From NCBI GenBank assembly GCA_036337295.1, contig JAYZEN010000013.1, positions 187,862 through 251,861 of the forward strand: a DNA stretch of 64,000 nucleotides. The letters run 5' to 3'. Positions 11,057 through 21,102 of this stretch are shown piece by piece; the stretch's first letter is position 1; each line of letters opens with the position of its first letter. The translations under genes were made by a program, and so were the position numbers. Source of the stretch: Pseudomonadota bacterium. GTDB lineage: Bacteria > Pseudomonadota > Gammaproteobacteria > Pseudomonadales > Ketobacteraceae. A model generated the notes under the pieces. That model ran no database searches. It was not told the DNA's origin and worked only from the letters and a program-made list of their open reading frames with translations.

Positions 11057-13774
11057 GTGAACGCCATATCTTCCAACAAGCCCCTGGTCCTCGTTGACGG
11101 ATCGTCCTACCTGTATCGCGCCTTTCATGCCCTGCCACCACTGGTGACCTCCAAAGGCCAACCCACCGGCGCCATCAAGGGCGTACTCAACATGCTGATC
11201 CGCCTGCGCAAGGATTACGAGCCGGATTACATGGCGGTGATTTTTGATGCCAAGGGCAAGACCTTCCGCGACGACCTGTATCCGGAATACAAAGCCCATC
11301 GTCCGCCCATGCCCGATGACCTGCGTTCCCAGATCGAACCCCTGCACAGCGCCATTCGCGCCATGGGTCTGCCGCTGCTGATCATCGACGGGGTGGAAGC
11401 CGATGACGTGATCGGCACCCTGTGCGACATTGCTACCCAAAACGGGATCGACACCATCGTCTCCACGGGTGACAAGGACATGGCTCAACTGGTCAGCGAT
11501 CACGTTACCCTGATCAATACCATGAACGACTCGAAGATGGACCGCGACGGTGTCATTGAAAAATTCGGTATTCCGCCGGAGCGCATCATTGATTACCTGA
11601 CCCTGGTGGGCGACAGCGTCGACAACATTCCCGGCGTACCCAAGTGCGGCCCGAAAACCGCCGTCAAATGGCTCACGGAATTCGGTTCGCTGGACGACCT
11701 GATGGCAAACGCCGACCAGATCAAAGGTAAGATCGGCGAAAACCTGCGCGCAGCGCAGGACCAGATTCCGCTGTCCAAACAACTGGCCACCATCAAACTG
11801 GATGTGGCACTGGAGCAACAACCCACCGACCTGAAAATTCAGGAGCCAGACAACGCCCAGCTGCTGGAACTGTACAAGGATCTGGAATTCAAAGGCTGGA
11901 CTGCTGAGCTCTCCGACGCCGAGGGTGCAACAGACACCAGCGACGGCAACGCAGCACCCATTACCGAAACCCAGTACGAGTGCATCACCACACAGGAAGC
12001 CTTCGCTGCGTGGCTGGAGCAATTGCAGCAATGCGACGTCTTCGCCTTCGACACCGAAACCACCAGCCTCAATTACATGCAGGCGGAACTGGTAGGCCTG
12101 TCTTTCAGTATTGAGCCGGGCAAGGCCGCCTATGTGCCGGTGGCCCACGATTACCCCGGCGCGCCGGATCAGCTGGAGCGCGCCTGGGTGCTGCAGCAAA
12201 TGCAACCGCTGCTGGCAGCCGAGACGCCGAAAAAAATCGGCCAGAACCTCAAGTACGACAAAAGCGTGCTGGCGCGCTACGACATCGAGCTTAACGGGAT
12301 CGGCTTCGACACCATGCTGGAATCCTATGTGCTGAATTCCACCGCCTCACGGCACGATATGGACAGCCTGGCGCTGAAATATCTGGGCCATAAAAACATT
12401 GCCTTCGAAGACATTGCCGGCAAGGGCGCCAAACAACTCACCTTCAATCAAATCGACCTGGCCCAGGCCAGCGATTACGCAGCTGAAGACGCCGACATCA
12501 CCCTGCGCCTGCATCAGGCGTTGTGGCCGCAGCTGGAGCCGGAAACCAGTTTACGTCAGGTGTTCGAAGACATTGAAATGCCCCTGTTGCCGGTGCTGTC
12601 CAAAATCGAACGCACCGGCGCCCTGGTGAATGCGGACATGCTGCGCCTGCACAGCCAGCAACTGGCCAAGCGCATGCTGGAACTGGAAAAAGAAGCCCAC
12701 GACATTGCCGGCGAGCCGTTCAACCTGGGCTCCCCAAAACAGTTGGGGGAAATCCTGTTTGAAAAGCTGGGACTGCCGGTTCTGCAGAAAACCCCCAAAG
12801 GTGCGCCGTCCACCGCCGAGCCGGTACTGCAGGAACTGGCGCTGGATTACGAACTGCCTAAAGTGCTGATGGAATATCGCGGCCTCAGCAAACTGAAATC
12901 CACTTACACCGACAAACTGCCGGAACTGATCGATTCCAACACCGGCCGCATTCACACCTCTTACCATCAGGCCGTGGCCGCCACCGGTCGCCTGTCTTCT
13001 TCCGATCCCAACTTGCAGAATATCCCCATCCGCAACGACGAAGGCCGTAAAATTCGACAGGCGTTTATCGCCCGACCCGGTTGCAAATTGCTGGCGGCAG
13101 ACTACTCGCAAATCGAACTGCGCATCATGGCCCATTTGTCCGGCGATCAAAGTTTGCTGGACGCGTTTAATCAGGGATTGGATATTCACAAAGCCACTGC
13201 CGCAGAAGTCATGGGTGTGGCACTGGAAGACGTTACCAGCGACATGCGCCGCAACGCCAAGGCCGTCAACTTTGGATTGATTTACGGCATGTCCGCCTTC
13301 GGCCTGGCCAAACAATTGGGCATTGGCCGCAAGGAAGCCCAGAACTACATCGACACCTACTTTCAACGCTATCCCGGTGTGCACGATTACATGGAACGCA
13401 TTCGTGAACAGGCCGCGCATCAGGGCTATGTGGAAACCTTGTTCGGACGCCGCCTGCATTTGCCGGAAATCAATTCCCGCAATGTTCCCCGTCGGCAAGC
13501 AGCGGAACGCACCGCCATCAACGCACCCATGCAGGGAACCGCGGCAGACATCATCAAACGCGCCATGATCGCCGTGGATGCGTGGCTGGTTAAAAATCAG
13601 CTGGAAACCCGCATGATTATGCAGGTGCATGATGAATTAGTGTTCGAAGTCCCGGACCAGGAACTGGATTGCATCACAAAAGAAGTAACGCTCCTGATGG
13701 AGGGCGCGGCGGATTTGAAAGTTCCCTTGCTAGTGGAGGTCGGGGTGGGCGATAATTGGGATCAAGCTCATTAG
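11057..13774 (+). CDS. polA: DNA polymerase I
   Basis: 905 aa. 5'-3' exonuclease N-terminus ([16 protein letters not shown]), 3'-5' exonuclease, and pol motifs ([23 protein letters not shown]). Confidence 0.95.
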   Translation: MNAISSNKPLVLVDGSSYLYRAFHALPPLVTSKGQPTGAIKGVLNMLIRLRKDYEPDYMAVIFDAKGKTFRDDLYPEYKAHRPPMPDDLRSQIEPLHSAIRAMGLPLLIIDGVEADDVIGTLCDIATQNGIDTIVSTGDKDMAQLVSDHVTLINTMNDSKMDRDGVIEKFGIPPERIIDYLTLVGDSVDNIPGVPKCGPKTAVKWLTEFGSLDDLMANADQIKGKIGENLRAAQDQIPLSKQLATIKLDVALEQQPTDLKIQEPDNAQLLELYKDLEFKGWTAELSDAEGATDTSDGNAAPITETQYECITTQEAFAAWLEQLQQCDVFAFDTETTSLNYMQAELVGLSFSIEPGKAAYVPVAHDYPGAPDQLERAWVLQQMQPLLAAETPKKIGQNLKYDKSVLARYDIELNGIGFDTMLESYVLNSTASRHDMDSLALKYLGHKNIAFEDIAGKGAKQLTFNQIDLAQASDYAAEDADITLRLHQALWPQLEPETSLRQVFEDIEMPLLPVLSKIERTGALVNADMLRLHSQQLAKRMLELEKEAHDIAGEPFNLGSPKQLGEILFEKLGLPVLQKTPKGAPSTAEPVLQELALDYELPKVLMEYRGLSKLKSTYTDKLPELIDSNTGRIHTSYHQAVAATGRLSSSDPNLQNIPIRNDEGRKIRQAFIARPGCKLLAADYSQIELRIMAHLSGDQSLLDAFNQGLDIHKATAAEVMGVALEDVTSDMRRNAKAVNFGLIYGMSAFGLAKQLGIGRKEAQNYIDTYFQRYPGVHDYMERIREQAAHQGYVETLFGRRLHLPEINSRNVPRRQAAERTAINAPMQGTAADIIKRAMIAVDAWLVKNQLETRMIMQVHDELVFEVPDQELDCITKEVTLLMEGAADLKVPLLVEVGVGDNWDQAH

Positions 13775-13901
13775 CTTAGGTGGGTCACCCCAATGCCCAC
13801 TTGAGATTCCCTGATGGGCCCAAATAATAACCATAATAAGCGCGGATTGGTGCCCTGGCCCGGTCGGACACTGAAACCGAAAAAAATTTTTCGAATTCAG
13901 T

Positions 13902-13930
13902 GAAACTTTTCCCGACCATCATCGTCTTAA
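13902..13930 (+). promoter_or_regulatory. sigmaE/AlgU-type promoter (GAAACTT-N16-TCTTAA)
   Basis: Close match to the extracytoplasmic sigma consensus GAACTT-N16/17-TCTGA/TCAAA. Sits about 110 nt upstream of the terminator at 14049. Confidence 0.45.
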
Positions 13931-13936
13931 TACATG

Positions 13937-14049
13937 AAGCTAAGGCAGCAATCCCCAGCCGAGTAAAATCGGCTACAGCAAACCGGCTTTCCCCCAAGAG
14001 CCGGACCCTAGGCCGGTAGCTTGCCCCAAGGCTACCGGCTCTTTTTTTT
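13937..14049 (+). ncRNA. putative Spot42/ErsA-like small RNA in the polA-engB intergenic region
   Basis: 275-bp non-coding gap between convergent polA and engB. This is the locus of spf in E. coli and of ErsA in Pseudomonas. It has a sigmaE-type promoter and three hairpins (AGCCGAguaaaaUCGGCU; CCGGCU..AGCCGG; GCCGGTAGC-N10-GCTACCGGC plus a U8 tract). The 5' end is approximate. Confidence 0.5.
14012..14049 (+). terminator. rho-independent terminator
   Basis: GCCGGTAGC / GCTACCGGC stem followed by TCTTTTTTTT. Confidence 0.7.
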
Positions 14050-14676
14050 CTACTCCTGTTCAAACCCGAACCAGTTCGCCAATACCGCCCGCGCCTGTTC
14101 CACGCCACTTTTGTTCAGCGATGAAAACAACTGCACGCTCACCCGGTCACCGTATTCCTTGACTGCCTTTTTCACTGCAAACAACGCGTTACTCGCGGGG
14201 CCCCGTTTCAGCTTGTCGCTCTTGCTGAGCAGAATGTGCACCGGCATCTCGTAGTGGCGAGCCCAGTCCAACATCATCAGGTCGAACTCCTTGAGCGGGT
14301 GGCGCACATCCATGACCAAGAACAAACCGGCCAGGCACTCGCGCTTCTCCAGGTATTCCCCCATGTTGGCCTGCCATTCCTGCTTCAGTTTTTCCGGCAC
14401 CTTGGCATAGCCATAGCCCGGCAGGTCCACCAGCTTCCACTGTTCGTTCAGGCTGAAAAAGTTGATCAGCTGCGTGCGGCCCGGTGTTTTACTGGTGCGC
14501 GCCAGCCCGGAGTGGTCCACCAGGGTATTCAGGGCACTGGATTTGCCGGAGTTGGAGCGGCCGGCAAAGGCAATTTCGACGCCGGCTTCCGGCGGGCACT
14601 GCGGCAGGGTGGCGGCGCTGATCTCAAACTGGGTCTGGCGCAGGAGGATAGTGAACAGGTCCTGGGGGTTGCTCAT
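14050..14676 (-). CDS. engB: ribosome biogenesis GTP-binding protein EngB/YihA
   Basis: [17 protein letters not shown] (G1), DLPGYGY (G3), LLSKSDK (G4). The ORF could alternatively start at 14745. Confidence 0.8.
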   Translation of the reverse strand: MSNPQDLFTILLRQTQFEISAATLPQCPPEAGVEIAFAGRSNSGKSSALNTLVDHSGLARTSKTPGRTQLINFFSLNEQWKLVDLPGYGYAKVPEKLKQEWQANMGEYLEKRECLAGLFLVMDVRHPLKEFDLMMLDWARHYEMPVHILLSKSDKLKRGPASNALFAVKKAVKEYGDRVSVQLFSSLNKSGVEQARAVLANWFGFEQE

Positions 14677-14864
14677 GGTGATTTCCGGGGGCTTGAAGAT
14701 GATGGCGGCATTTTCTCCAATATTCCCCAGGGCTGTAAAGGACATTACCCCTTAGCCGGACTTTGTTATATAATCCACCCAATTTTTTGCACACACGGCG
14801 AAGAGAGAGGGGTTCCGTTTGCGCGGAAACCTTGCCAAATCAAGGGTATATAAGGGGTTCGTTC

Positions 14865-15161
14865 ATGAAAAAACTGATGCTCGCTTCTGCAATGATCGCG
14901 CTGGGCCTGTCTTTCAATGCGCAGGCGGAAGCACCCGCCAAATACAACACCTTCTGCATGGCCTGCCACGGCACGGGAGCCGCCGGTGCCCCCAAATCCG
15001 GTGACAAAGCAGCCTGGGCCGCCCGTAGCGAAGCCGCTGGTGGCATTGACGGCCTGGTAACCAGCGCCAAGAAAGGCAAGAACGCCATGCCCCCTATGGG
15101 TCTGTGCAGCGACTGCAGCGATGACGAGCTGAAATCCATCATTGAATTCATGTCGAAGTAA
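14865..15161 (+). CDS. cytochrome c5 (monoheme class I c-type cytochrome)
   Basis: Signal peptide MKKLMLASAMIALGLSFNAQA, heme motif CMACHG, RBS AAGGGG. Same position as cytochrome c5 next to cc4 in pseudomonads. Confidence 0.8.
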   Translation: MKKLMLASAMIALGLSFNAQAEAPAKYNTFCMACHGTGAAGAPKSGDKAAWAARSEAAGGIDGLVTSAKKGKNAMPPMGLCSDCSDDELKSIIEFMSK

Positions 15162-15208
15162 CGTCGGCACAACACACTGATTTTCAAGCATTAAATTAGG
15201 ACGAAAAT

Positions 15209-15844
15209 ATGAAATTGGTAGCAAACGTGCTGGTCGCTGCTGCGCTGATGGCGAGCGCAGGCATCACCAACGCCGCTGGCGACGCCGAAGCCGGCAAAAA
15301 CAAATCCGCAGTCTGTGCCGCCTGTCATGGCGCTGACGGCAACAGTGCCATCCCCAACTTTCCCAAGCTGGCGGGCCAGGGCACTGCGTACACCGTGAAA
15401 CAGCTGCAGGACATGAAGAGCGGCGCCCGTTCCGTGCCGGAGATGGCCGGAATCGTACCGGGCCTGTCTGATCAGGATATGGCCGACCTGGCCGCCTACT
15501 TTGCAGCCCAAACGCCTTCCAAAGGCGCCGCCGACCCGGCACTGGTTGAGCGCGGCCAGCAATTGTTCCGTGGCGGCGATGCCGACAACGGCGTAACCGC
15601 CTGTGCCGGTTGCCATGGCGCCACTGGTCAAGGCATGCCGGAAGCCGGTTTCCCTGCCCTGGCCGGTCAACACGGCGCCTATCTGGAAGCCCAGTTGAAA
15701 GCCTTCCGTGCCGCCGGTCGTGAAGATCACGATGGCAAGCGTCGCGATAACGACGGCGAAGGCAAGATGATGCAGGCCACTGCGGCCCGCCTCAGCGACG
15801 ACGACATCAAGGCACTGGCCAGCTACATCAACGGCATGTACTGA
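15209..15844 (+). CDS. cytochrome c4 (diheme)
   Basis: Two CxxCH motifs (CAACHG, CAGCHG) and a signal peptide. The engB/cc4/dsbA neighbourhood is conserved. Confidence 0.85.
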   Translation: MKLVANVLVAAALMASAGITNAAGDAEAGKNKSAVCAACHGADGNSAIPNFPKLAGQGTAYTVKQLQDMKSGARSVPEMAGIVPGLSDQDMADLAAYFAAQTPSKGAADPALVERGQQLFRGGDADNGVTACAGCHGATGQGMPEAGFPALAGQHGAYLEAQLKAFRAAGREDHDGKRRDNDGEGKMMQATAARLSDDDIKALASYINGMY

Positions 15845-15872
15845 GCCCGCTGCACGGCGATGGTACCCAAAG

Positions 15873-15899
15873 AACCCCGGCCTGATCCGGGGTTTTTTG
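15873..15899 (+). terminator. rho-independent terminator after cytochrome c4
   Basis: AACCCCGGcctgatCCGGGGTT followed by TTTTTT. Confidence 0.7.
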
Positions 15900-16038
15900 T
15901 GCATGGCCGGGCACTTATCGCCATGATTGGATTCAGTTTCCATTCAGGTGGAACCCGCTAGCCTGAAAACAGTCAGACAATACAGTCACAGTCATACCAA
16001 GACCGCTAGGAACAACGATTCAGGAATTCAGGACGCTT

Positions 16039-16704
16039 ATGAACAACGCACTTTCCCTCAGAACCACACTGGTGGCCACCCTGGCCCTGTTCACCTCCCT
16101 TTTTACCTCCCTGCTCCAGGCGGAAACCTACCGTGAAGGCGTGGATTACGAACTGATCCAGCAACCCGGCAAGGTAGAGGTTCCCGGCAAAATCGAGGTG
16201 CGTGAGTTCTTCTCCTTCAGCTGCCCTCACTGCTTCAGCCTGGAAAGCTACACCGCCGAGTGGAAACCCACCCTGGCGGAGGATGTGAATTTTGTGATGA
16301 CCCCTGCGGCCATGCGCAAGGACTGGGAGCCCCTGGCCCATGCCTATTATGTTGCAGAGGCCCTGGGCAAGCTGGAACAGATCAAACCGGACCTGTTCAG
16401 CGCCATTCACGTGAAGAAGCAAAACCTGTACACCCAGGCAGAGCTGGCCGGGTTTTTCAAAGGCTACGGCGTCACTGAGGATGACTTCAACAAGCTCTTC
16501 AACTCCTTCAGTGTGCGGGTAAAAGTGCGCCAGGCCACCGCCCTGGCCAAGACCTACCGCCTGCGGGGCGTACCCGCCCTGGTGGTGAATGGCAAATACG
16601 TGGTCAAATCCCAGACTGGTAAAACCTTCGCTGACCTGCTGCAGGTGGTGAACTTCCTGGTGGACAAGGAGCGGGCTGCCTCCAAAGTAGCCGTTGCCCA
16701 ATAA
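16039..16704 (+). CDS. dsbA: thiol:disulfide interchange protein DsbA
   Basis: Signal peptide and CPHC active site (FSFSCPHCF). Thioredoxin-fold length is about 200 aa. Confidence 0.85.
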   Translation: MNNALSLRTTLVATLALFTSLFTSLLQAETYREGVDYELIQQPGKVEVPGKIEVREFFSFSCPHCFSLESYTAEWKPTLAEDVNFVMTPAAMRKDWEPLAHAYYVAEALGKLEQIKPDLFSAIHVKKQNLYTQAELAGFFKGYGVTEDDFNKLFNSFSVRVKVRQATALAKTYRLRGVPALVVNGKYVVKSQTGKTFADLLQVVNFLVDKERAASKVAVAQ

Positions 16705-16712
16705 GCATCCAG

Positions 16713-16740
16713 GCGGGAGCAAGCTGGCTCCCGCCTCTTC
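16713..16740 (+). terminator. putative terminator after dsbA
   Basis: GGCGGGAGC-N7-GCTCCCGCC hairpin followed by a T-rich tract. Confidence 0.5.
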
Positions 16741-16824
16741 ATTCCGCAATTGCGAACCCCATTCATAGAACAGCCACGCTTTAGCGCCTACAATAAATAT
16801 TCCAGGCACGTTGAGTGAGACCGC

Positions 16825-17667
16825 GTGAACTTCGACATCAGCACCCATAACCAGACCGGCTTCCAATCCACAGAACAACCCAGTGTGTTGCGTCTGCTGA
16901 GCTACAACATCCAGGCCGCCATCGGCACCAGCCAATTCCATCACTATGTGACCCGCAGCTGGCGTCATGTCTTACCGGACTGGCGTGGCCTGCAGCGGCT
17001 GGATCGCATCGGCCATGTGCTGGCCCACTATGACCTGGTGTGTCTGCAGGAAGTGGATGGTGGCAGCCTGCGCAGCGGCTTTGTGAACCAGGTTGCCTAT
17101 CTGGCGGAGCTGGGCCGTTTCGAATACTGGTACCAGCAGCTGAACCGCAACTTCGGCCGCCTGGGCCAGTTCAGCAACGGCGTGCTGTCGCGCTTTGTGC
17201 CCTATGAGATCGAAGATCACAAACTGCCCGGACTGAAAGGTCGCGGTGCCATCGTCGCCAAATACGGCAACGACAAGCACACCCTGGTGCTGGTGGGATT
17301 GCATCTGGCCCTCAGTGAACGCGCCCGGTTCCGGCAACTGGATTATGTGCGGGAGCTGATCGAGCACTATGAACACGTAGTGGTGATGGGGGACATGAAC
17401 TGCCGCAGCGAGCAGATCATCGACACCCCACTGCGGGATACCCACCTCAAACAAGTGAGCGGCGACCACCACACCTACCCCAGCTGGAACCCCACCCGCA
17501 ACATCGACCACATCCTGGTTTCCCCCAGCCTCAAGATCAACCACGTCAAGGTACTGGACTACGATTACTCCGACCACCGCCCCATCGCCATGGAAGTGGC
17601 GCTGCCGGAGACCCTGGCCGATGCCCTGGCGGAACAATCCCTGCTGCGCTCCACCTCCCCCAATTAA
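16825..17667 (+). CDS. endonuclease/exonuclease/phosphatase (EEP) family protein
   Basis: LLSYNIQ... (N-terminal catalytic Asn/Glu region), GDMN, and a C-terminal SDHRPI motif typical of the EEP fold. Confidence 0.7.
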   Translation: MNFDISTHNQTGFQSTEQPSVLRLLSYNIQAAIGTSQFHHYVTRSWRHVLPDWRGLQRLDRIGHVLAHYDLVCLQEVDGGSLRSGFVNQVAYLAELGRFEYWYQQLNRNFGRLGQFSNGVLSRFVPYEIEDHKLPGLKGRGAIVAKYGNDKHTLVLVGLHLALSERARFRQLDYVRELIEHYEHVVVMGDMNCRSEQIIDTPLRDTHLKQVSGDHHTYPSWNPTRNIDHILVSPSLKINHVKVLDYDYSDHRPIAMEVALPETLADALAEQSLLRSTSPN

Positions 17668-17762
17668 CGGAACTTTTCCTAATTTTTTTAAGTCGCCACT
17701 GGGAGAATCCCACAACTTTTCTATACTCTTTAAACAAAGAGAACGCAGAATTACCCGCGCCC

Positions 17763-19577
17763 ATGGCTGACAGTAATGCACTCAATTGGAAAGACAAATA
17801 CCTGACTGCGCTTGAGGAGTTTGAACTCAGCCAGCAGCGGGATCAGTCGCGCCTGGACCTATTGCGCCGCGGCCTGGTGCGGGTGAGCCTGGCGGCAGAC
17901 GGCCTGGACCCCATTCTGGACGAACAATTGGATGAGATCCGCACCGCCTTGCGCGGGGGCCGCGACATTCAATCCCTGGAGCCGGTGATCGCCCAGCTGG
18001 AACGCACCATCATGGCCCTGGACGACCGCCGGAAGGATGACCAGAGCGAGCTGCAGGAGCTGATCGACACTCAGCTGGAAAAATACCTCGCCCTGAGCCT
18101 GCCCCGGGCCGACAAAACCACCATCAAGAAATTACGCAAATCCCTGCCCGAGTTGCTGGCGGGCAACGGCATGCAGTCCGATATGATCAAAGGCCTCAAC
18201 CAGGCCCACAATCGCGTCACAGGTCACCTGTTGGAACGCATTGAAGAGTTGGGCCAGGGCCAGAAAGGCGGGCTGCTGTCCCGCCTGTTCGGCGCCTCCA
18301 ACCCGGAGAAATCTGCACACCTGGAGGCGGACGCTGACGGTGTTAGCGATTTGACCGAAACGCCGGATCTGGCCGCAGCGGATTACGATGCACGGCACCC
18401 GGATGAGCAGGAACTCGCGCCACCGCATCTGAATATCGAACCCGAAGCTGCACCCGCTACAGTGGCTGAGTCTGCACTGGAAATTGCCCCCGAAATAACA
18501 CCCGCGACCAACCCGGACAGCGCGGATCAAAGCGATCCCCAGCTACCGGACCGGCTGAGCCGAATCCTGTGCAACCTGCTGGAGCAGCTGGAAGTACCCA
18601 CTGACTTCACCACCCGCAAGGAACGGCTGGTGGACCGCATCAAATCCGCCTTCAGCCTCAACAGCCTGCCGGATTTTCTGGACGAAACCACTCAGCTGGT
18701 GGCCTCCACCCGCCTGGTGGCCCAGAAGGAATTCGAAGGTTTTCTGGTGGCCTTGCACCAGCGCCTGAACGACATCCAGGATTTTCTGGTGACCGCCCGG
18801 GAAGGGGAGGAACGCAGCCAGCAGAACCAGGAGAAACTGGATCAGGATGTGCGCCAGGAACTGGCGGACATGCGGCAGAACGTGGCCGACACCAACGACC
18901 TGGGCAAACTGAAACTGGACATTGAAAGCATGGTGAACCGCATTGTGTCCGCCGTGGACCTGTTTCAGTCGGAAGAACGCAAGCGCCGGGAAGACGTGTA
19001 CCAACACATCGAAACCCTGGGTCAACGCATGGCCACCATGGAAGACGAAGCCACCCAACTGAAGAGCACCCTGGAAGCGCAACGAATGGAAGCGTTAAGG
19101 GACGCGCTCACCGAACTGCCCAACCGGGCTGCCTACGATGATTGCATCGAAGCAGAGTTTTCACGCTGGCGCCGCCACGGTCGCCCGCTTTCCCTGGCCA
19201 TCATCGACGTGGATCATTTCAAAGCGGTGAACGACAACCTGGGGCATCTACGGGGTGACAAAGTATTGAAACTGGTGGCCCGGGAAATTTCCCGCCGGGT
19301 CCGCAATGAGGATTTTGTCGCCCGTTACGGTGGCGAGGAGTTCATTGTGATCATGCCGGAAACCGATCTGCACGCGGCCCACGCGGCCATGGAAAAAGTG
19401 CGAGCCTCCATTGAAGCCTGCCCCTTCAACTTCAACCAGAAGCGCATTCCCATTACCGCCTCGTTCGGCATCTCGGCCTTTGTGGAAGGGGATGAAATCG
19501 TCACCTGCTTCGAACGGGCCGACCAGGCACTCTACAAAGCCAAGGGAAACGGTCGAAACCGGATAGAACTGGGCTAG
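17763..19577 (+). CDS. diguanylate cyclase (GGDEF) with long N-terminal coiled-coil/acidic region
   Basis: C-terminal GGDEF domain with an RYGGEEF active site and an RxxD I-site-like region (ISRRVRNEDFV). The N-terminal ~430 aa are coiled-coil rich. Confidence 0.85.
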   Translation: MADSNALNWKDKYLTALEEFELSQQRDQSRLDLLRRGLVRVSLAADGLDPILDEQLDEIRTALRGGRDIQSLEPVIAQLERTIMALDDRRKDDQSELQELIDTQLEKYLALSLPRADKTTIKKLRKSLPELLAGNGMQSDMIKGLNQAHNRVTGHLLERIEELGQGQKGGLLSRLFGASNPEKSAHLEADADGVSDLTETPDLAAADYDARHPDEQELAPPHLNIEPEAAPATVAESALEIAPEITPATNPDSADQSDPQLPDRLSRILCNLLEQLEVPTDFTTRKERLVDRIKSAFSLNSLPDFLDETTQLVASTRLVAQKEFEGFLVALHQRLNDIQDFLVTAREGEERSQQNQEKLDQDVRQELADMRQNVADTNDLGKLKLDIESMVNRIVSAVDLFQSEERKRREDVYQHIETLGQRMATMEDEATQLKSTLEAQRMEALRDALTELPNRAAYDDCIEAEFSRWRRHGRPLSLAIIDVDHFKAVNDNLGHLRGDKVLKLVAREISRRVRNEDFVARYGGEEFIVIMPETDLHAAHAAMEKVRASIEACPFNFNQKRIPITASFGISAFVEGDEIVTCFERADQALYKAKGNGRNRIELG

Positions 19578-19718
19578 ATACGGCCACCCACCCCCTCCTT
19601 TTGGCCGGCAACACCTATCCCCCCCTCCCGCGGACATGATCTAATTTTTTCTGTTCAGTCACACCTATCCAATCCTGGACATCGACAATAACAAAAACAA
19701 CGTACCTGGATTTAGTAC

Positions 19719-21098
19719 ATGACGACTCTACGCAGCTCCGCTTCGTTAACGTTATTGGACAAGGTCAACGTCTGTCTGCAGGACTTCGGGGACCATGTCA
19801 TGCATCTGATTTTTGATGTGCAGGGCGTTCTGCATCTGGAGCGCCTGCAACAGGCCCTGCGGCTCAGCCTGGAACAACATCCCATCATGGCCATGCGCCT
19901 GGAAGGTAGCGGGCTGCAGCCGAAATGGATTCGTCACACGCCTGCCACCCTGGCCCACTACGAATTTTGCGAGCACCACCTGCTTAACGGTGGCTCCGGC
20001 AATCATTCACTGCAGCACGCCATTGATGAATTCATGCTGCAGCAGTTTGATTATCAGCGTGTACCCATGGTGAAAGTGCGGGTCATTCAGCACGCGGCCC
20101 GTAACACCACATCACAAGATGCAACGCATACTATCTGCATTAAGGTCAGTTGTGTCCCCATCGATGGGAGGGGATTTTTGATTTATGTGGAGGATGTGCT
20201 CGCCCTGTATGAAAAACTGGAGCTGAACCCTTCCTTCCACCCGCAGCCCGGCACACTGAATCTGCGCAGCACCAAAGCACTGGTGCCGTATTTTCGCCCC
20301 CGGGATCTGTTGCCCCTGTTGTTCCATGGGCTCAAACATCAACTGCAGGACAGTCGCACCGCCCACAACTGGCAGGTGCCCTGCGTACCCGACAGCGCCA
20401 TTCACAAACGTTATCTTTGCCATCAGTGTTCACCGCGCACCCTGCAGGCACTGACCCGCTTTCGGCGACAGCAAGGGTTGAGTTTCAATGATGTATTGCT
20501 GGGTGCCTATTACCTGGCACTGCATGAACAGATTCAACCTGAGCACCAGGGCCCGTTCTGTGTGCTGAACACCTATGACCTGCGCCGGTACGAAACGGAC
20601 AAAGCTCCCCACCGAGTGGCCAATTATTCCAGCTTTATCAATACCAATGTGTCGCTCTCCGCGGGCAGCACCTTGTTGCAGGCCGCCCGCGCCGTACAGG
20701 ATGCCATCCACCAGCGCAAACAGCATTACCCCGGTATTACCGAAGGCCCCTTTATCTGGCCCTTGTTGACCTTTCTGCCGTTCGGCCTGGGCAGTCGCAT
20801 CGTGAAATTCCTGCTCAAGCATCGGGGCGAGAAAATCCCCGTGTTCACCAACGTGGGCGTGATCCCGGTGGAACGCATGCGGTTCAACGGCATGCCGATC
20901 CGCAACGTGCGACCCTTTGCACCATTGGAATACCCACCCAAACTAACGGTGACACTGGCCACCGCCGGCGAGGTCATCAGCCTGAGCGTGGGCTACAGCA
21001 ACCGCCATTTTGCCACCGACAACATGCAGCGCCTGTTCACGCGCATGGAACAACTGATTCAGGCCACCTGCACCCAAACGGTAACCGAGGCGGCGTGA
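19719..21098 (+). CDS. condensation-domain-like acyltransferase (PapA / WS-DGAT superfamily-like), putative
   Basis: 459 aa, the size of a stand-alone condensation domain. It carries an HHxxxDG-like box, EHHLLNGGSG. First gene of a co-directional lipid cluster. This is a motif-level call only. Confidence 0.45.
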   Translation: MTTLRSSASLTLLDKVNVCLQDFGDHVMHLIFDVQGVLHLERLQQALRLSLEQHPIMAMRLEGSGLQPKWIRHTPATLAHYEFCEHHLLNGGSGNHSLQHAIDEFMLQQFDYQRVPMVKVRVIQHAARNTTSQDATHTICIKVSCVPIDGRGFLIYVEDVLALYEKLELNPSFHPQPGTLNLRSTKALVPYFRPRDLLPLLFHGLKHQLQDSRTAHNWQVPCVPDSAIHKRYLCHQCSPRTLQALTRFRRQQGLSFNDVLLGAYYLALHEQIQPEHQGPFCVLNTYDLRRYETDKAPHRVANYSSFINTNVSLSAGSTLLQAARAVQDAIHQRKQHYPGITEGPFIWPLLTFLPFGLGSRIVKFLLKHRGEKIPVFTNVGVIPVERMRFNGMPIRNVRPFAPLEYPPKLTVTLATAGEVISLSVGYSNRHFATDNMQRLFTRMEQLIQATCTQTVTEAA

Positions 21099-21102
21099 GC
21101 AC

